Part shown: one piece after another, positions 8,784 through 16,985 of the stretch
Layout: every line of letters starts with the position of its first letter
Position numbering within the stretch: the stretch's first letter is position 1
Origin: a virus
DNA: 64,000 nucleotides
Direction: 5' to 3' (one strand)
IMG/VR virus record: IMGVR_UViG_3300032236_000765
Span: 1 to 64,000 of that record
Made by a program: the position numbers and the translations under genes
Notes under the pieces: generated by a model
What the model saw: the letters and a program-made list of their open reading frames with translations, nothing else
Database searches by the model: none
What the model was told of the DNA's origin: nothing

Positions 8784-8874
8784 TGGAGCACCAGGTAGGA
8801 TTCGAACCTACGATTCGCCTTTTGGGCTTAACGGATTTGCAGTCCGCTGCATTTGGCCACTCTGCCACCGGTGC
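8784..8874 (-). tRNA. tRNA-Cys(GCA) with long variable arm
   Basis: Loop CTGCAAA, U73, CCA; 91 nt with GCC-CAAAA-GGC variable hairpin. Confidence 0.88.
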
Positions 8875-8892
8875 GTTAAACTTCATATAGTG

Positions 8893-8921
8893 AATATAAC
8901 AATAAGATGGCTGAATGTCAA
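8893..8921 (-). promoter_or_regulatory. Sigma70-type promoter for tRNA block
   Basis: TTGACA-N17-TATATT. Confidence 0.8.
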
Positions 8922-8953
8922 CCTTTATCTTCCGTAGAAAATCAATAATTTTA

Positions 8954-9466
8954 TCAGGCGACTTTATCTTCTGCTTGATCGGCTAAATCCTTCGGATCAA
9001 TTCCGTATTTTTCCATCTTCTCTCGACTACTGAATAGGTTGTCTGTTAATCTTTTAGAATTAAAGTCTGCCAACATTTTGACTTGAGAATCATTGAGTTT
9101 ACCTTCATCCTTCAAGTCAACAATAGCTGTAAAATAATCTCCAATCGTGGAGTTGTTATCTAATCCTGCATACTTACATATTTTTGTAGCGAGATTTTCT
9201 GCTTCCGGAGAAGCTCCTACACTTTCATTTCTATTTTTATCATTAAGCTGAAGTAAACCTAAGATAACAAGAGGTAATCCAAAAACAATAGGTAAAATTA
9301 CTCCAGGAGCACATATTCCTGTCAATCTTACTCCCCACCCCACAATAGCAGTCCCACTTAGTGCTATAAGCAATCTATCCTGCATATCTCTTAGGTCTTC
9401 ATTTGTTTGACCATGCTCAACTGCTTCTAAGAGATTGATAAGCTTTCTAATCTGATCTGAACTCAC
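8954..9466 (-). CDS. Putative head-packaged membrane protein
   Basis: IRKLINLLEAVE leader, two hydrophobic helices, C-terminus resembles 18934..19533. Confidence 0.65.
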   Translation of the reverse strand: MSSDQIRKLINLLEAVEHGQTNEDLRDMQDRLLIALSGTAIVGWGVRLTGICAPGVILPIVFGLPLVILGLLQLNDKNRNESVGASPEAENLATKICKYAGLDNNSTIGDYFTAIVDLKDEGKLNDSQVKMLADFNSKRLTDNLFSSREKMEKYGIDPKDLADQAEDKVA

Positions 9467-9534
9467 TGTAAATATCCTTTATTGTTTGATATTTTTATTT
9501 ATCATTGTTCTCAAATTATTTGTCTTTAAATAGT

Positions 9535-9624
9535 TGGCGGTGAGAGTGGGATTCGAACCCACGGTACCCTTTCGAGTACGACGATTTAGCAAACCGTTGC
9601 TTTAGGCCGCTCAGCCATCTCACC
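9535..9624 (-). tRNA. tRNA-Ser(GCT)
   Basis: Loop TTGCTAA, long V-arm, G73. Confidence 0.95.
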
Positions 9625-9625
9625 T

Positions 9626-10027
9626 TTATCCGGCATATGGATCAGTTTGTTCAGGTCTTAGATTCTCATAATAGTCATATACTAAATCGAAAAGACTGTT
9701 TATCTCTGCTGAAGTTAGTCCGCTAACTGCGGCCTCTCCTTCGACAGCATCAACAATAGCTGAGTCGCTAGGATTATCCCCTAGAAAGCTGACAATATCC
9801 CGTGCAATACGGGCTAGTGTTCTACCACTATGCCAATCACTTTCTTTAATAGTTTTTACCTTCTCAGCCCGTCGAACACTTTCTGATGCACCTACAAGAT
9901 CACCAACCCTTGCCGGGCGTTTCATGTTACCTTTTAGTTGTCCTGCTGGTCCTAGCTTGTTCTTTTTTGAACCCGCAAACGCACTCTTGGGAAGCATTGA
10001 TTCTGAGATTATTTCATTTATTCGCAT
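9626..10027 (-). CDS. Putative internal head protein
   Basis: MRINEIISE leader; TATAAATA late promoter at ~10061-10068. Confidence 0.65.
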   Translation of the reverse strand: MRINEIISESMLPKSAFAGSKKNKLGPAGQLKGNMKRPARVGDLVGASESVRRAEKVKTIKESDWHSGRTLARIARDIVSFLGDNPSDSAIVDAVEGEAAVSGLTSAEINSLFDLVYDYYENLRPEQTDPYAG

Positions 10028-10071
10028 TATACTAAACTCCCGAAAATCACGTTCCCTAAGTATTTATATTT

Positions 10072-10455
10072 TTATATTTCCAGATGCTTCCTAGCATTTT
10101 CAATATATGAAATAATGCGTTCTTTACCTGCAGGATTCATAGAATGAACAACATACTTGGGAAACTTGCGCCCGTTCTGATGACAGTATTCTACCAACCA
10201 CTTAGCTGCATCAAAACCCGTCTTTTCATTACCATAATCGATCTGACGACCTTCTGATTCTGCGAGCATAGCTTCATAATGCTGGTCTGCGAGATCATGA
10301 TCAAAGCAGACAAATGCAGGTATACCGGACAGTTTGATCTGCGCTACAAAGCTATCGTAGTCACGCAGAATGAACGTGACCAAATCACGCGGAAATCGTT
10401 CCCACGTAACTTGGTCTGGATGACGTACATCGTCTAAAAATAAAAGATATGACAC
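10072..10455 (-). CDS. Cyclic-phosphate-processing receiver-domain protein
   Basis: LFLDDVR.P, FDHDL, TGFD.AKWL, VHSMNP.G motifs. Confidence 0.8.
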   Translation of the reverse strand: MSYLLFLDDVRHPDQVTWERFPRDLVTFILRDYDSFVAQIKLSGIPAFVCFDHDLADQHYEAMLAESEGRQIDYGNEKTGFDAAKWLVEYCHQNGRKFPKYVVHSMNPAGKERIISYIENARKHLEI

Positions 10456-10481
10456 CTTTTGCTCCTATTTCTTAATTTATG

Positions 10482-10510
10482 AATATAGCAAATATGAAGG
10501 TGCTTGTCAA
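10482..10510 (-). promoter_or_regulatory. Sigma70-type early promoter
   Basis: TTGACA-N17-TATATT. Confidence 0.8.
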
Positions 10511-10516
10511 CTATTT

Positions 10517-10777
10517 TTATGCGTAGTGATGATGGTGATGATGACCTGGACGATTGATAGCTTCGCTGAACTCTTCTAGCAATTCATCGAATGGATTATA
10601 TACCTTAACTTCATGACCGTATGTCTTGTGTTTTTCTTTTGCAAATTCGACAGCTTCGGCATGAGAATCAAAAGTGAATGATCCTACGTATAGTTCACCG
10701 TCTTGCCAACCGCGCACTCTCACAGTGTGTGGCTTTGGTGAACTATGGCGATTAAATTCTCCGTGGTAGTGTGTCAT
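10517..10777 (-). CDS. Small His-rich hypothetical protein
   Basis: AGGAGA SD; C-terminal HHHHHH. Confidence 0.75.
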   Translation of the reverse strand: MTHYHGEFNRHSSPKPHTVRVRGWQDGELYVGSFTFDSHAEAVEFAKEKHKTYGHEVKVYNPFDELLEEFSEAINRPGHHHHHHYA

Positions 10778-10795
10778 TGATTTCTCCTGTTTGCA

Positions 10796-11851
10796 TTAAC
10801 GACTGAACCACTTGTACCAAATGAGCGCAGTCTTGCTTGTATATTTAGTCAAACTTTTCTGATTTAGCTTGACGTTGAGCCAAGGAAGGCGATATGCAAA
10901 CTCAAGCTCATCTCTGATACGGTCACTATCAGTCGGGTCTGACTTTCCCATCTTCAACCAAGGAATTTCAGAAGTACCGATCAAGGGAACGCCTTGACTG
11001 ATCAAATCAGCTCCTACGATGTTGAATGTCTCACTGAAGTTACACTGCATACCGAGGTCCATCTTAGCACAGGTCTTGAGGAATTCCTCTCTAGGAGCCC
11101 ATGTATGATTCACTAGGCGATGGCCTCTTTCATATAGATGGGTGAAAAACGCTGTTACGTTTTGCGCAACAGGTTGCCCTTGCATTTCAATTCTGCCTGA
11201 ATTGATATGAAAGCGCACTCGCTTATTCTGACTCTCTGCAAAATCTACCGCTGCAATAGCTTGAAGCAAGTGATTCTTCAACGGACGAACTGCACCGAAG
11301 CAACCGATATCGATATAGTCCTTGTTACGATTTAACTTCTTTCGTTGATATTCTTGTGGATAGTAATTCGGTAGATAAATCACTTTTTGATTTACCTGCT
11401 TTTCGGTCCAGCCATGCATGGATTTTAGATAGACCTGTGTTTCACGTAGCATTCTAGGTGCATTGACTGCAATTACAACTTTGTCCTGTCGTGAATATTC
11501 CCCGATCCAGTTCATTGCCGAACCTTCACCAGCCATGAATGGCATTTCACTATGTAGACGGATGATCCAGGTTACATCAGGATGCAACTTTCTTAGGATA
11601 TTAAACTTAGTAGGAACGACCCATAGTGCTTCAACAATGGCATGTGTGGGTCTATATTTTGTAACTACTCTATCAATACAATTATTATCTATTACGACTT
11701 CTAGATGGGATTCGATTCCCATGTCATTTAGCATATGATGCACGAATGAAGCAGAATTATATAGACCTGTACTCAGCCCTATATGACTGCTATCTCTTGC
11801 AATGTTGTAGTCATCTTTTCTTTTTAATATAAACAATACACGTGTTTTCAC
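10796..11851 (-). CDS. GT-B fold glycosyltransferase (GT4-like)
   Basis: IGCFGAVRPLKN, SETFNIVGAD...GVP. Confidence 0.8.
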   Translation of the reverse strand: MKTRVLFILKRKDDYNIARDSSHIGLSTGLYNSASFVHHMLNDMGIESHLEVVIDNNCIDRVVTKYRPTHAIVEALWVVPTKFNILRKLHPDVTWIIRLHSEMPFMAGEGSAMNWIGEYSRQDKVVIAVNAPRMLRETQVYLKSMHGWTEKQVNQKVIYLPNYYPQEYQRKKLNRNKDYIDIGCFGAVRPLKNHLLQAIAAVDFAESQNKRVRFHINSGRIEMQGQPVAQNVTAFFTHLYERGHRLVNHTWAPREEFLKTCAKMDLGMQCNFSETFNIVGADLISQGVPLIGTSEIPWLKMGKSDPTDSDRIRDELEFAYRLPWLNVKLNQKSLTKYTSKTALIWYKWFSR

Positions 11852-11876
11852 CGGTGGGCCCTTGAGTTAATGTGTG

Positions 11877-11967
11877 TGGCGGAAGCGGTGAGATTCGAAC
11901 TCACGGTACCCTTCCAGGTACGTCGCATTTCAAGTGCGGTGCCATAAACCAACTCGACCACGCTTCC
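11877..11967 (-). tRNA. tRNA-Ser(TGA)
   Basis: Loop CTTGAAA, long V-arm, G73. Confidence 0.95.
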
Positions 11968-11977
11968 ATATAAATAT

Positions 11978-12478
11978 TTATGAAACTAGTTTGGTAACAG
12001 ATTTTTTCTGTCTATACTCTCGGTCATAGTCTCTTCCTTTACCTCTATTTTTGCTCTTAAAGGTAGGTAATTGAGCATCACAGTTGCAACAGACTAATCT
12101 AAAGTTTTCAATTCTATTATCTGTACTGTCACCTGAAATATGATCACACACTAACGGTACAGGTTCACCCATCCATTCAGTAATACCACATCGACTACAT
12201 GCATTACCGGTAGTTTCAATTAAATATGCTCTAGCATATCGTCTAGCAACTACTTCGCAATACTGACCCAATTTACCATTTTCAACTATGTCTTTTCTAC
12301 GAGAAGAAATCTTGTCTGCATCATGCTTTCCCTTATTCCAAGTCACGTTACCTTTTTGTGCACCAGCTTTCGGTGAACGCTTGTGTGTTATTCTATTTGG
12401 GTTATCCTTACAACTCATTTGATGAGCAGTTAAAGATCCTTTATTTTTTATTTCTCTATTACAGTATACACAATTCAT
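11978..12478 (-). mobile_element. Free-standing HNH homing endonuclease
   Basis: N-terminal CxxC..H..C finger; CSRCG..W..LVCDHISGD..DN...N.RLVCCNC; CATAAATA late promoter upstream. Confidence 0.88.
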
Positions 12479-12549
12479 AGTAATGACTCCTCATTACTAT
12501 TTATGCTTTATCGCAGAAATTCACAGAATAAATGCAATAAGTCAAGAAT

Positions 12550-12624
12550 TGGTGCGCCCGGGAGGATTTGAACCTCCGACCCTCGCGTTATCAGCACGAT
12601 GCTCTTCCCCTGAGCTACAAGCGC
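12550..12624 (-). tRNA. tRNA-Ile(GAT)
   Basis: Loop CTGATAA, CCA. Confidence 0.95.
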
Positions 12625-12631
12625 ATGAGAT

Positions 12632-12716
12632 TGGTGGGGCATCCCGGGATCGAACCAGGCGTGTCATAAGACGGCGGATTTACAGTCCGCTGCATCACCG
12701 TTGATGCTTCTACCCC
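12632..12716 (-). tRNA. tRNA-Tyr(GTA)
   Basis: Loop CTGTAAA, V-arm, A73; G7-A66 mismatch. Confidence 0.9.
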
Positions 12717-12724
12717 GTTAATCT

Positions 12725-12931
12725 TTACTTAAACTTGTTGAACCACCCATCTGCAAACTTCTGAACAACTTCGTCTGCATCAAAATAATGATCCTTGTTA
12801 AGAATTGCATCCTGAACATCAAGGACATCATCTTCATCCAAACCGATCTCTCGCAGATAATTTAGATATATGGCAAGTCCGTCGTCATGTGGATTCTTCT
12901 TAGCGAAGTTTACGTGAATAACTTGTCCCAT
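12725..12931 (-). CDS. Hypothetical protein
   Basis: AAGGA SD; 68 aa. Confidence 0.7.
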   Translation of the reverse strand: MGQVIHVNFAKKNPHDDGLAIYLNYLREIGLDEDDVLDVQDAILNKDHYFDADEVVQKFADGWFNKFK

Positions 12932-12958
12932 TGATGATGTCCTTTTTGTTCGGGTTAA

Positions 12959-13141
12959 TTACGGTTGTACAGTATGAGTACCGGTGTCACGGACACTTCC
13001 GTTACCGACACTACGAGGTTCGACTACATTATCAGCCGCAGTCGTATTATCCATGGCAGGTGCAGCAGGAGTAGGCTTTTGGCTACATGCAGCAAGAGCA
13101 AGTACGCTAGCTAGGCTAGCAAGTGTGATAATCTTCATCAT
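12959..13141 (-). CDS. Small lipoprotein
   Basis: Signal peptide with lipobox LAAC. Confidence 0.75.
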   Translation of the reverse strand: MMKIITLASLASVLALAACSQKPTPAAPAMDNTTAADNVVEPRSVGNGSVRDTGTHTVQP

Positions 13142-13166
13142 TTAGTTTCTCCTTTGTAAATGAACT

Positions 13167-13243
13167 TGGTACACCCGACGTGTGTCGATCCCGTTCCTCC
13201 GCCTTGAAAGGGCAGTGATCTAGCCATCGTAATCTATGGGTGC
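13167..13243 (-). tRNA. tRNA-Glu(TTC)
   Basis: Loop CTTTCAA; atypical T-arm (ATCGACA loop, one mismatch). Confidence 0.85.
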
Positions 13244-13249
13244 GTATAT

Positions 13250-13333
13250 TGGTGCGGGCAGTCGGACTCGAACCGACACGGAATACTCCGAGGGATTTTA
13301 AATCCCTTGCGTCTACCATTTCGCCATGCCCGC
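13250..13333 (-). tRNA. tRNA-Leu(TAA)
   Basis: Loop TTTAAAA, V-arm, A73. Confidence 0.95.
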
Positions 13334-13353
13334 ATAACAAACTTCATGTATGT

Positions 13354-13382
13354 AATATACTAAAGCTACAAACGAATGTCAA
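13354..13382 (-). promoter_or_regulatory. Sigma70-type promoter for tRNA block
   Basis: TTGACA-N17-TATATT. Confidence 0.8.
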
Positions 13383-13405
13383 CCGAATTTTTTAAAAAAC
13401 TCAGA

Positions 13406-13479
13406 TGGCACCAGTGCAGGGAGTTGAACCCCGGCTTGCGGTTTTGGAGACCGTCGTGCTACCGTAACACTTCACTGGT
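13406..13479 (-). tRNA. tRNA-Trp(CCA)
   Basis: Loop CTCCAAA, G73. Confidence 0.92.
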
Positions 13480-13480
13480 A

Positions 13481-13876
13481 TTATTCGTCGTCAAACTCAG
13501 CAGGAACAGGAAGATCGATTAGATCGTGTTCACGATCAAGATACTTCATGTCAATATGAATCGGGTCCATTTCCTTGAGCGACTCTACCACATCATATGG
13601 GTCTAGAGGACCGCATGTATAGACATCCAACTGTACCATTGCAGGTTCGTCCTCATCCCAGATGTGCATCACGATGTGACTAGTTTCGATAATTGTAGCA
13701 CATGTAAGACCACGATTACCTTCCATTTCGCTATAGACAGCATAGGGTCCCATAAGGATCTTCATACCAATGCGCTCAATCAGCGCGGGCATCCACTCTT
13801 TGGATACCTTATCCGGACAAACCAGAGGATTCCTTACCTCGGCACGGACAATAAGATGTTTGTGAAATAGAGCCAA
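13481..13876 (-). CDS. speD: S-adenosylmethionine decarboxylase proenzyme
   Basis: HKHLI, IETSHIVMHIW.E, LDVYTCG; probable TTG start after AAGGGA. Confidence 0.85.
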   Translation of the reverse strand: MALFHKHLIVRAEVRNPLVCPDKVSKEWMPALIERIGMKILMGPYAVYSEMEGNRGLTCATIIETSHIVMHIWDEDEPAMVQLDVYTCGPLDPYDVVESLKEMDPIHIDMKYLDREHDLIDLPVPAEFDDE

Positions 13877-13955
13877 CTCATAAATTCCCTTTGTTAAAAG
13901 CCGACATAAGAGTCGGATCATATATTTATCATATGACCCGACTCCTGTTGAAAAA

Positions 13956-14030
13956 TGGTACTCGGGGCCAGGATCGAACTGGCGACCTTCGCTGTGTAAA
14001 AGCGTTGCGCTACCGCTGCGCCACCCGAGC
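13956..14030 (-). tRNA. tRNA-Val(TAC)
   Basis: Loop TTTACAC, A73; 5' 21 nt overlap the end of the HNH gene. Confidence 0.93.
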
Positions 14031-14540
14031 ATTATTTTTATATTCTCTCAGATATGCATTACGCTTAGTATGCTTTTTATAGCGATTACCTTTGCCTGCA
14101 TTACCGAAAGTTTCAGTTTGAGTGTGACAATTAGGACAAAGCAGTCTAAGATTGCTCAAATCGTTATTATCACTATTACCGTCTATGTGATCTAATTGTA
14201 GACTAAGCGGCTTGTTATTCCAAGTACTTTCTTGTCCACATTCAGAACATTTATCTCCTACTTTTTCTTTAAGATATCTCTTAAAATTTCCTCCCAATCC
14301 TTGTTCAATGCGAGGAATTGAAATGTATTCCCAAGTGTATTTAGATGAACAATCAACTGAACAAAACTTATTTTTAGTTCCTGCACTCGTGCGAAACTCT
14401 ATTCCGCAGTACATGCATTCACACAACGGTTTTTTTGTTCGTGAGACTGAATATCTGCCTTCCGGACGATGAACACTCTTATGTCCATTCAACTTTCTGA
14501 CTGAATCAAACTCTTTACCGCATTCACATTTATACATCAT
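14010..14540 (-). mobile_element. Free-standing HNH homing endonuclease
   Basis: Zn fingers; LQLDHIDGN..NN.LSNLRLLCPNCH; TATAAATA late promoter at 14561-14568. Confidence 0.92.
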
Positions 14541-14584
14541 AAGTTCCTTTTGCTCAACTGTATTTATACCAGTTGCACAAAAAG

Positions 14585-14609
14585 CACTCTTTACCTGAGC
14601 TAACCGGGC
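14585..14609 (-). pseudogene. 5' stub of a tRNA gene
   Basis: GCCCGGT-TA-GCTC-AGGTAAA-GAGT = acceptor 5' strand plus D-arm, then breaks off into the HNH promoter region. Confidence 0.6.
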
Positions 14610-14615
14610 ATAAAA

Positions 14616-14692
14616 TGGTCGGAGTACTAGGATTCGAACCTAGGACCCTCTGCTCCCAAAGCAGATGCGCTACCAGACTGCGCTATACTCCG
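14616..14692 (-). tRNA. tRNA-Pro(TGG)
   Basis: Loop TTTGGGA, C1-G72, A73. Confidence 0.96.
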
Positions 14693-14700
14693 TCATATGT

Positions 14701-14774
14701 TGGTGGAGATGAAGGGAATCGAACCCTTAAGTGCGCCTTGCAAAGGCGCCAGTTTACCGTTAGCTTACATCCCC
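14701..14774 (-). tRNA. tRNA-Ala(TGC)
   Basis: Loop TTTGCAA, G3-U70. Confidence 0.93.
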
Positions 14775-14822
14775 GAAAACTTTATTATACTTATCACCTT
14801 CTTGTACTAGACAATTATATTT

Positions 14823-14899
14823 TGGCGTCCCCAGAGGGACTTGAACCCCCGACCCACAGATTAGAAGTCTGTTGCTCTATCCAACTGAGCTATGGAGAC
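14823..14899 (-). tRNA. tRNA-Arg(TCT)
   Basis: Loop CTTCTAA, A20. Confidence 0.95.
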
Positions 14900-14968
14900 A
14901 TTACTTTCTGAATATAGCTATGAATAAAAAAGAAAGCAAGAGTTTTGGGTGACCCTTGCCTTCAATCC

Positions 14969-15361
14969 TTACAATTCTGCTTTAGTCACAACTTCTACGT
15001 TATCAACCGGAACAGATACCGGTGTGGTAATTTGACTTGCTTGCGCCTTCAAATCAGAAGTATGCGCAACCACAGCAGATTTAAATTTGATCAAGTCTTC
15101 TTCAGCAGACTTGATAGCTGTATTTGCAGCATCAATAGCTTGTTGATGGAGATCGCGTGATCTAGCAAGCGCATCCTGCAAGTCTGCTTTAAGCTTGTTT
15201 ACTGTTGCGTTGCCTACCAAAGCTGCTGCCTTAGCTTGCTCAAAAATAGTTTTTACATCTGATACAATCTCTTGCTCAAGTTGCACAAACTTTTGTCCTA
15301 CCTGTTCTACTTGTACTACTTCGTCTATGAACATTTTCTTAATAGTTTCTAGAAACCCCAT
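14969..15361 (-). CDS. Helical coiled-coil hypothetical protein
   Basis: AGGAGA SD, GATAAATA late promoter upstream. Confidence 0.75.
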   Translation of the reverse strand: MGFLETIKKMFIDEVVQVEQVGQKFVQLEQEIVSDVKTIFEQAKAAALVGNATVNKLKADLQDALARSRDLHQQAIDAANTAIKSAEEDLIKFKSAVVAHTSDLKAQASQITTPVSVPVDNVEVVTKAEL

Positions 15362-15408
15362 ACGGTTCTCCTTTGTCTGTATGTGATAATATTATTTATC
15401 AACTGAAC

Positions 15409-15484
15409 TGGTGCTCTAAGCGAGAATCGAACTCACTATCTCCGGGTTACAAATCCGGCGCATCGCCAGCAATGCTTTTAGAGC
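15409..15484 (-). tRNA. tRNA-Thr(TGT)
   Basis: Loop TTTGTAA, CCA. Confidence 0.9.
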
Positions 15485-15490
15485 AATAAT

Positions 15491-15566
15491 TGGCTCCCCA
15501 GGTTCGATTCGAACGAACGACATTTCGGTTAACAGCCGAACGCAACTACCACTGTGCTACTGGGGA
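15491..15566 (-). tRNA. tRNA-Asn(GTT)
   Basis: Loop CTGTTAA, U1-A72, G73. Confidence 0.93.
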
Positions 15567-15619
15567 ATAAAATCATTATCGATGATATTTAATGTTCGAA
15601 AAAGAGTCGGATTATTTTC

Positions 15620-16180
15620 CTAATTAAGGTCAATAATCCGACTATGCTTAGGAACACCTGTGAGCAAGTATTCCATCTGATCTGCGAGAATGTGACGATT
15701 CTGCAAGATCAAGTTTTCGAAGTGATTAGGTTCATACGGAACATAGAGAAGTTCCATACCTGCTTGTCTCAAAGTCTTGCAACCCTTTTTCTGATTGCAA
15801 TCAAAGCAAGCTGTGACTACGTTAGTCCATTCATCAAGACCGCCGTGGAATCTAGAAATGATATGGTCTCTGCTCAACTTTGAATGTCCAAAGTGACCAC
15901 CACAGTAAGCACAGATATTACGATCACGTGCAAACAATGTTCTATTGGTCAACACGACACGGTTGTGTCGCGTGAAATCAAAGCCGGATCCCCGAACAGC
16001 AATGATGCTGGGTGTTTCAAGATAGCTTTGCCGTCCGTCTTTTTGAATCCCCCCGCGATATTTAGCGATGACATCACCTAGGGTCCAGACAACTAAGTTT
16101 TTAGCATGATAGCTAATTGCTTCGTCATTGGTAATCCATGATCTTGGAGTACCCGCAACGTCTAAGGCTAATACCGCCAT
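15620..16180 (-). CDS. HNH endonuclease (McrA/HNH_5-like)
   Basis: LFARDRNICAYCG, LSRDHI...GG.D.WTNVVTAC..CN.KKG. Confidence 0.9.
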   Translation of the reverse strand: MAVLALDVAGTPRSWITNDEAISYHAKNLVVWTLGDVIAKYRGGIQKDGRQSYLETPSIIAVRGSGFDFTRHNRVVLTNRTLFARDRNICAYCGGHFGHSKLSRDHIISRFHGGLDEWTNVVTACFDCNQKKGCKTLRQAGMELLYVPYEPNHFENLILQNRHILADQMEYLLTGVPKHSRIIDLN

Positions 16181-16304
16181 AGTTTACTCCTATTTCTATT
16201 CATATTTAGACTCTAAAACATTATACATTAGAAATGCTCTTTGTGCATTGGGTAATGTATAAATACAGAATCATCCTTGACTAATATAGTAAAGGATTCA
16301 AGAT

Positions 16305-16398
16305 TGGTAGTCCCGCCCGGATTCGAACCGAGATCGTGCGCTAATCTGGCGCTTACACGAGGTATAAGCTCGTCGCTCTACCGTTGAGCTACAGGACC
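16305..16398 (-). tRNA. tRNA-Ile(TAT) with long variable arm
   Basis: Loop CTTATAC; GCGC-CAGATTA-GCGC variable hairpin; 94 nt; A73. Confidence 0.88.
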
Positions 16399-16409
16399 GT
16401 AAATTTTAT

Positions 16410-16483
16410 TGGTGCCCTATGACAGAATCGAACTGCCGCTCACTGATTACGAAACAGTTGTTCTACCATTTAACTAATCATGG
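16410..16483 (-). pseudogene. Degenerate tRNA-Thr(CGT)
   Basis: Loop TTCGTAA, T-arm and CCA intact, but 5' acceptor strand CCATGAT does not pair with ATAGGGC. Confidence 0.75.
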
Positions 16484-16504
16484 TTCAATATAATTGATGC
16501 GAAA

Positions 16505-16581
16505 TGGTGGGTTATCTGGGAATCGAACCCAGTCCATAATACGATTAAAAGTCGTATGCTCAGCCGGAGAGCCTATAACCC
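16505..16581 (-). tRNA. tRNA-Lys(TTT)
   Basis: Loop CTTTTAA; atypical D-loop. Confidence 0.88.
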
Positions 16582-16588
16582 GTATAAT

Positions 16589-16672
16589 TGGTGCCCCAAG
16601 CCGGACTCGAACCAGCACGCCTCGCGGCAGTAGATTTTGAGTCTACCGCGTCTACCATTCCACCATTGGGGC
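16589..16672 (-). tRNA. tRNA-Leu(CAA)
   Basis: Loop CTCAAAA, V-arm. Confidence 0.95.
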
Positions 16673-16677
16673 ATTAA

Positions 16678-16851
16678 CTAGAATAAAGGGTTTAGAACGA
16701 ATTTTCCAATTGGTTCATTGTCGAACAAAAACGTCACTGTGATTTGATCGGGATTTCCACCGAACAAATTATCAGGAAGTTGTTCAAGAGTGATCGTCAA
16801 TTTTTCTTTCAATGCTGTCTTTAGCATTTCGTCGAATGTAGCTTGGTCCAT
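16678..16851 (-). CDS. Small hypothetical protein (57 aa, MDQATFDEML...)
   Basis: AGGAGA SD; below the ORF-track cut-off. Confidence 0.65.
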   Translation of the reverse strand: MDQATFDEMLKTALKEKLTITLEQLPDNLFGGNPDQITVTFLFDNEPIGKFVLNPLF

Positions 16852-16895
16852 TGTATTCTCCTATGAGAGTATTCACTTGTTACTCTTGATAATAA

Positions 16896-16980
16896 TGGTG
16901 CGGATGAAGGGACTCGAACCCCCACACCTTTCGGTACTGGTACCTAAAACCAGGGCGTCTACCAATTCCGCCACATCCGC
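16896..16980 (-). tRNA. tRNA-Leu(TAG)
   Basis: Loop TTTAGGT, V-arm. Confidence 0.96.
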
Positions 16981-16985
16981 ATGTT

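Noticed and set aside
14010-14609. Group I intron in a tRNA containing the HNH
   Set aside because: No matching 3' tRNA half (ACCGGGC) and no room for an intron core around the ORF
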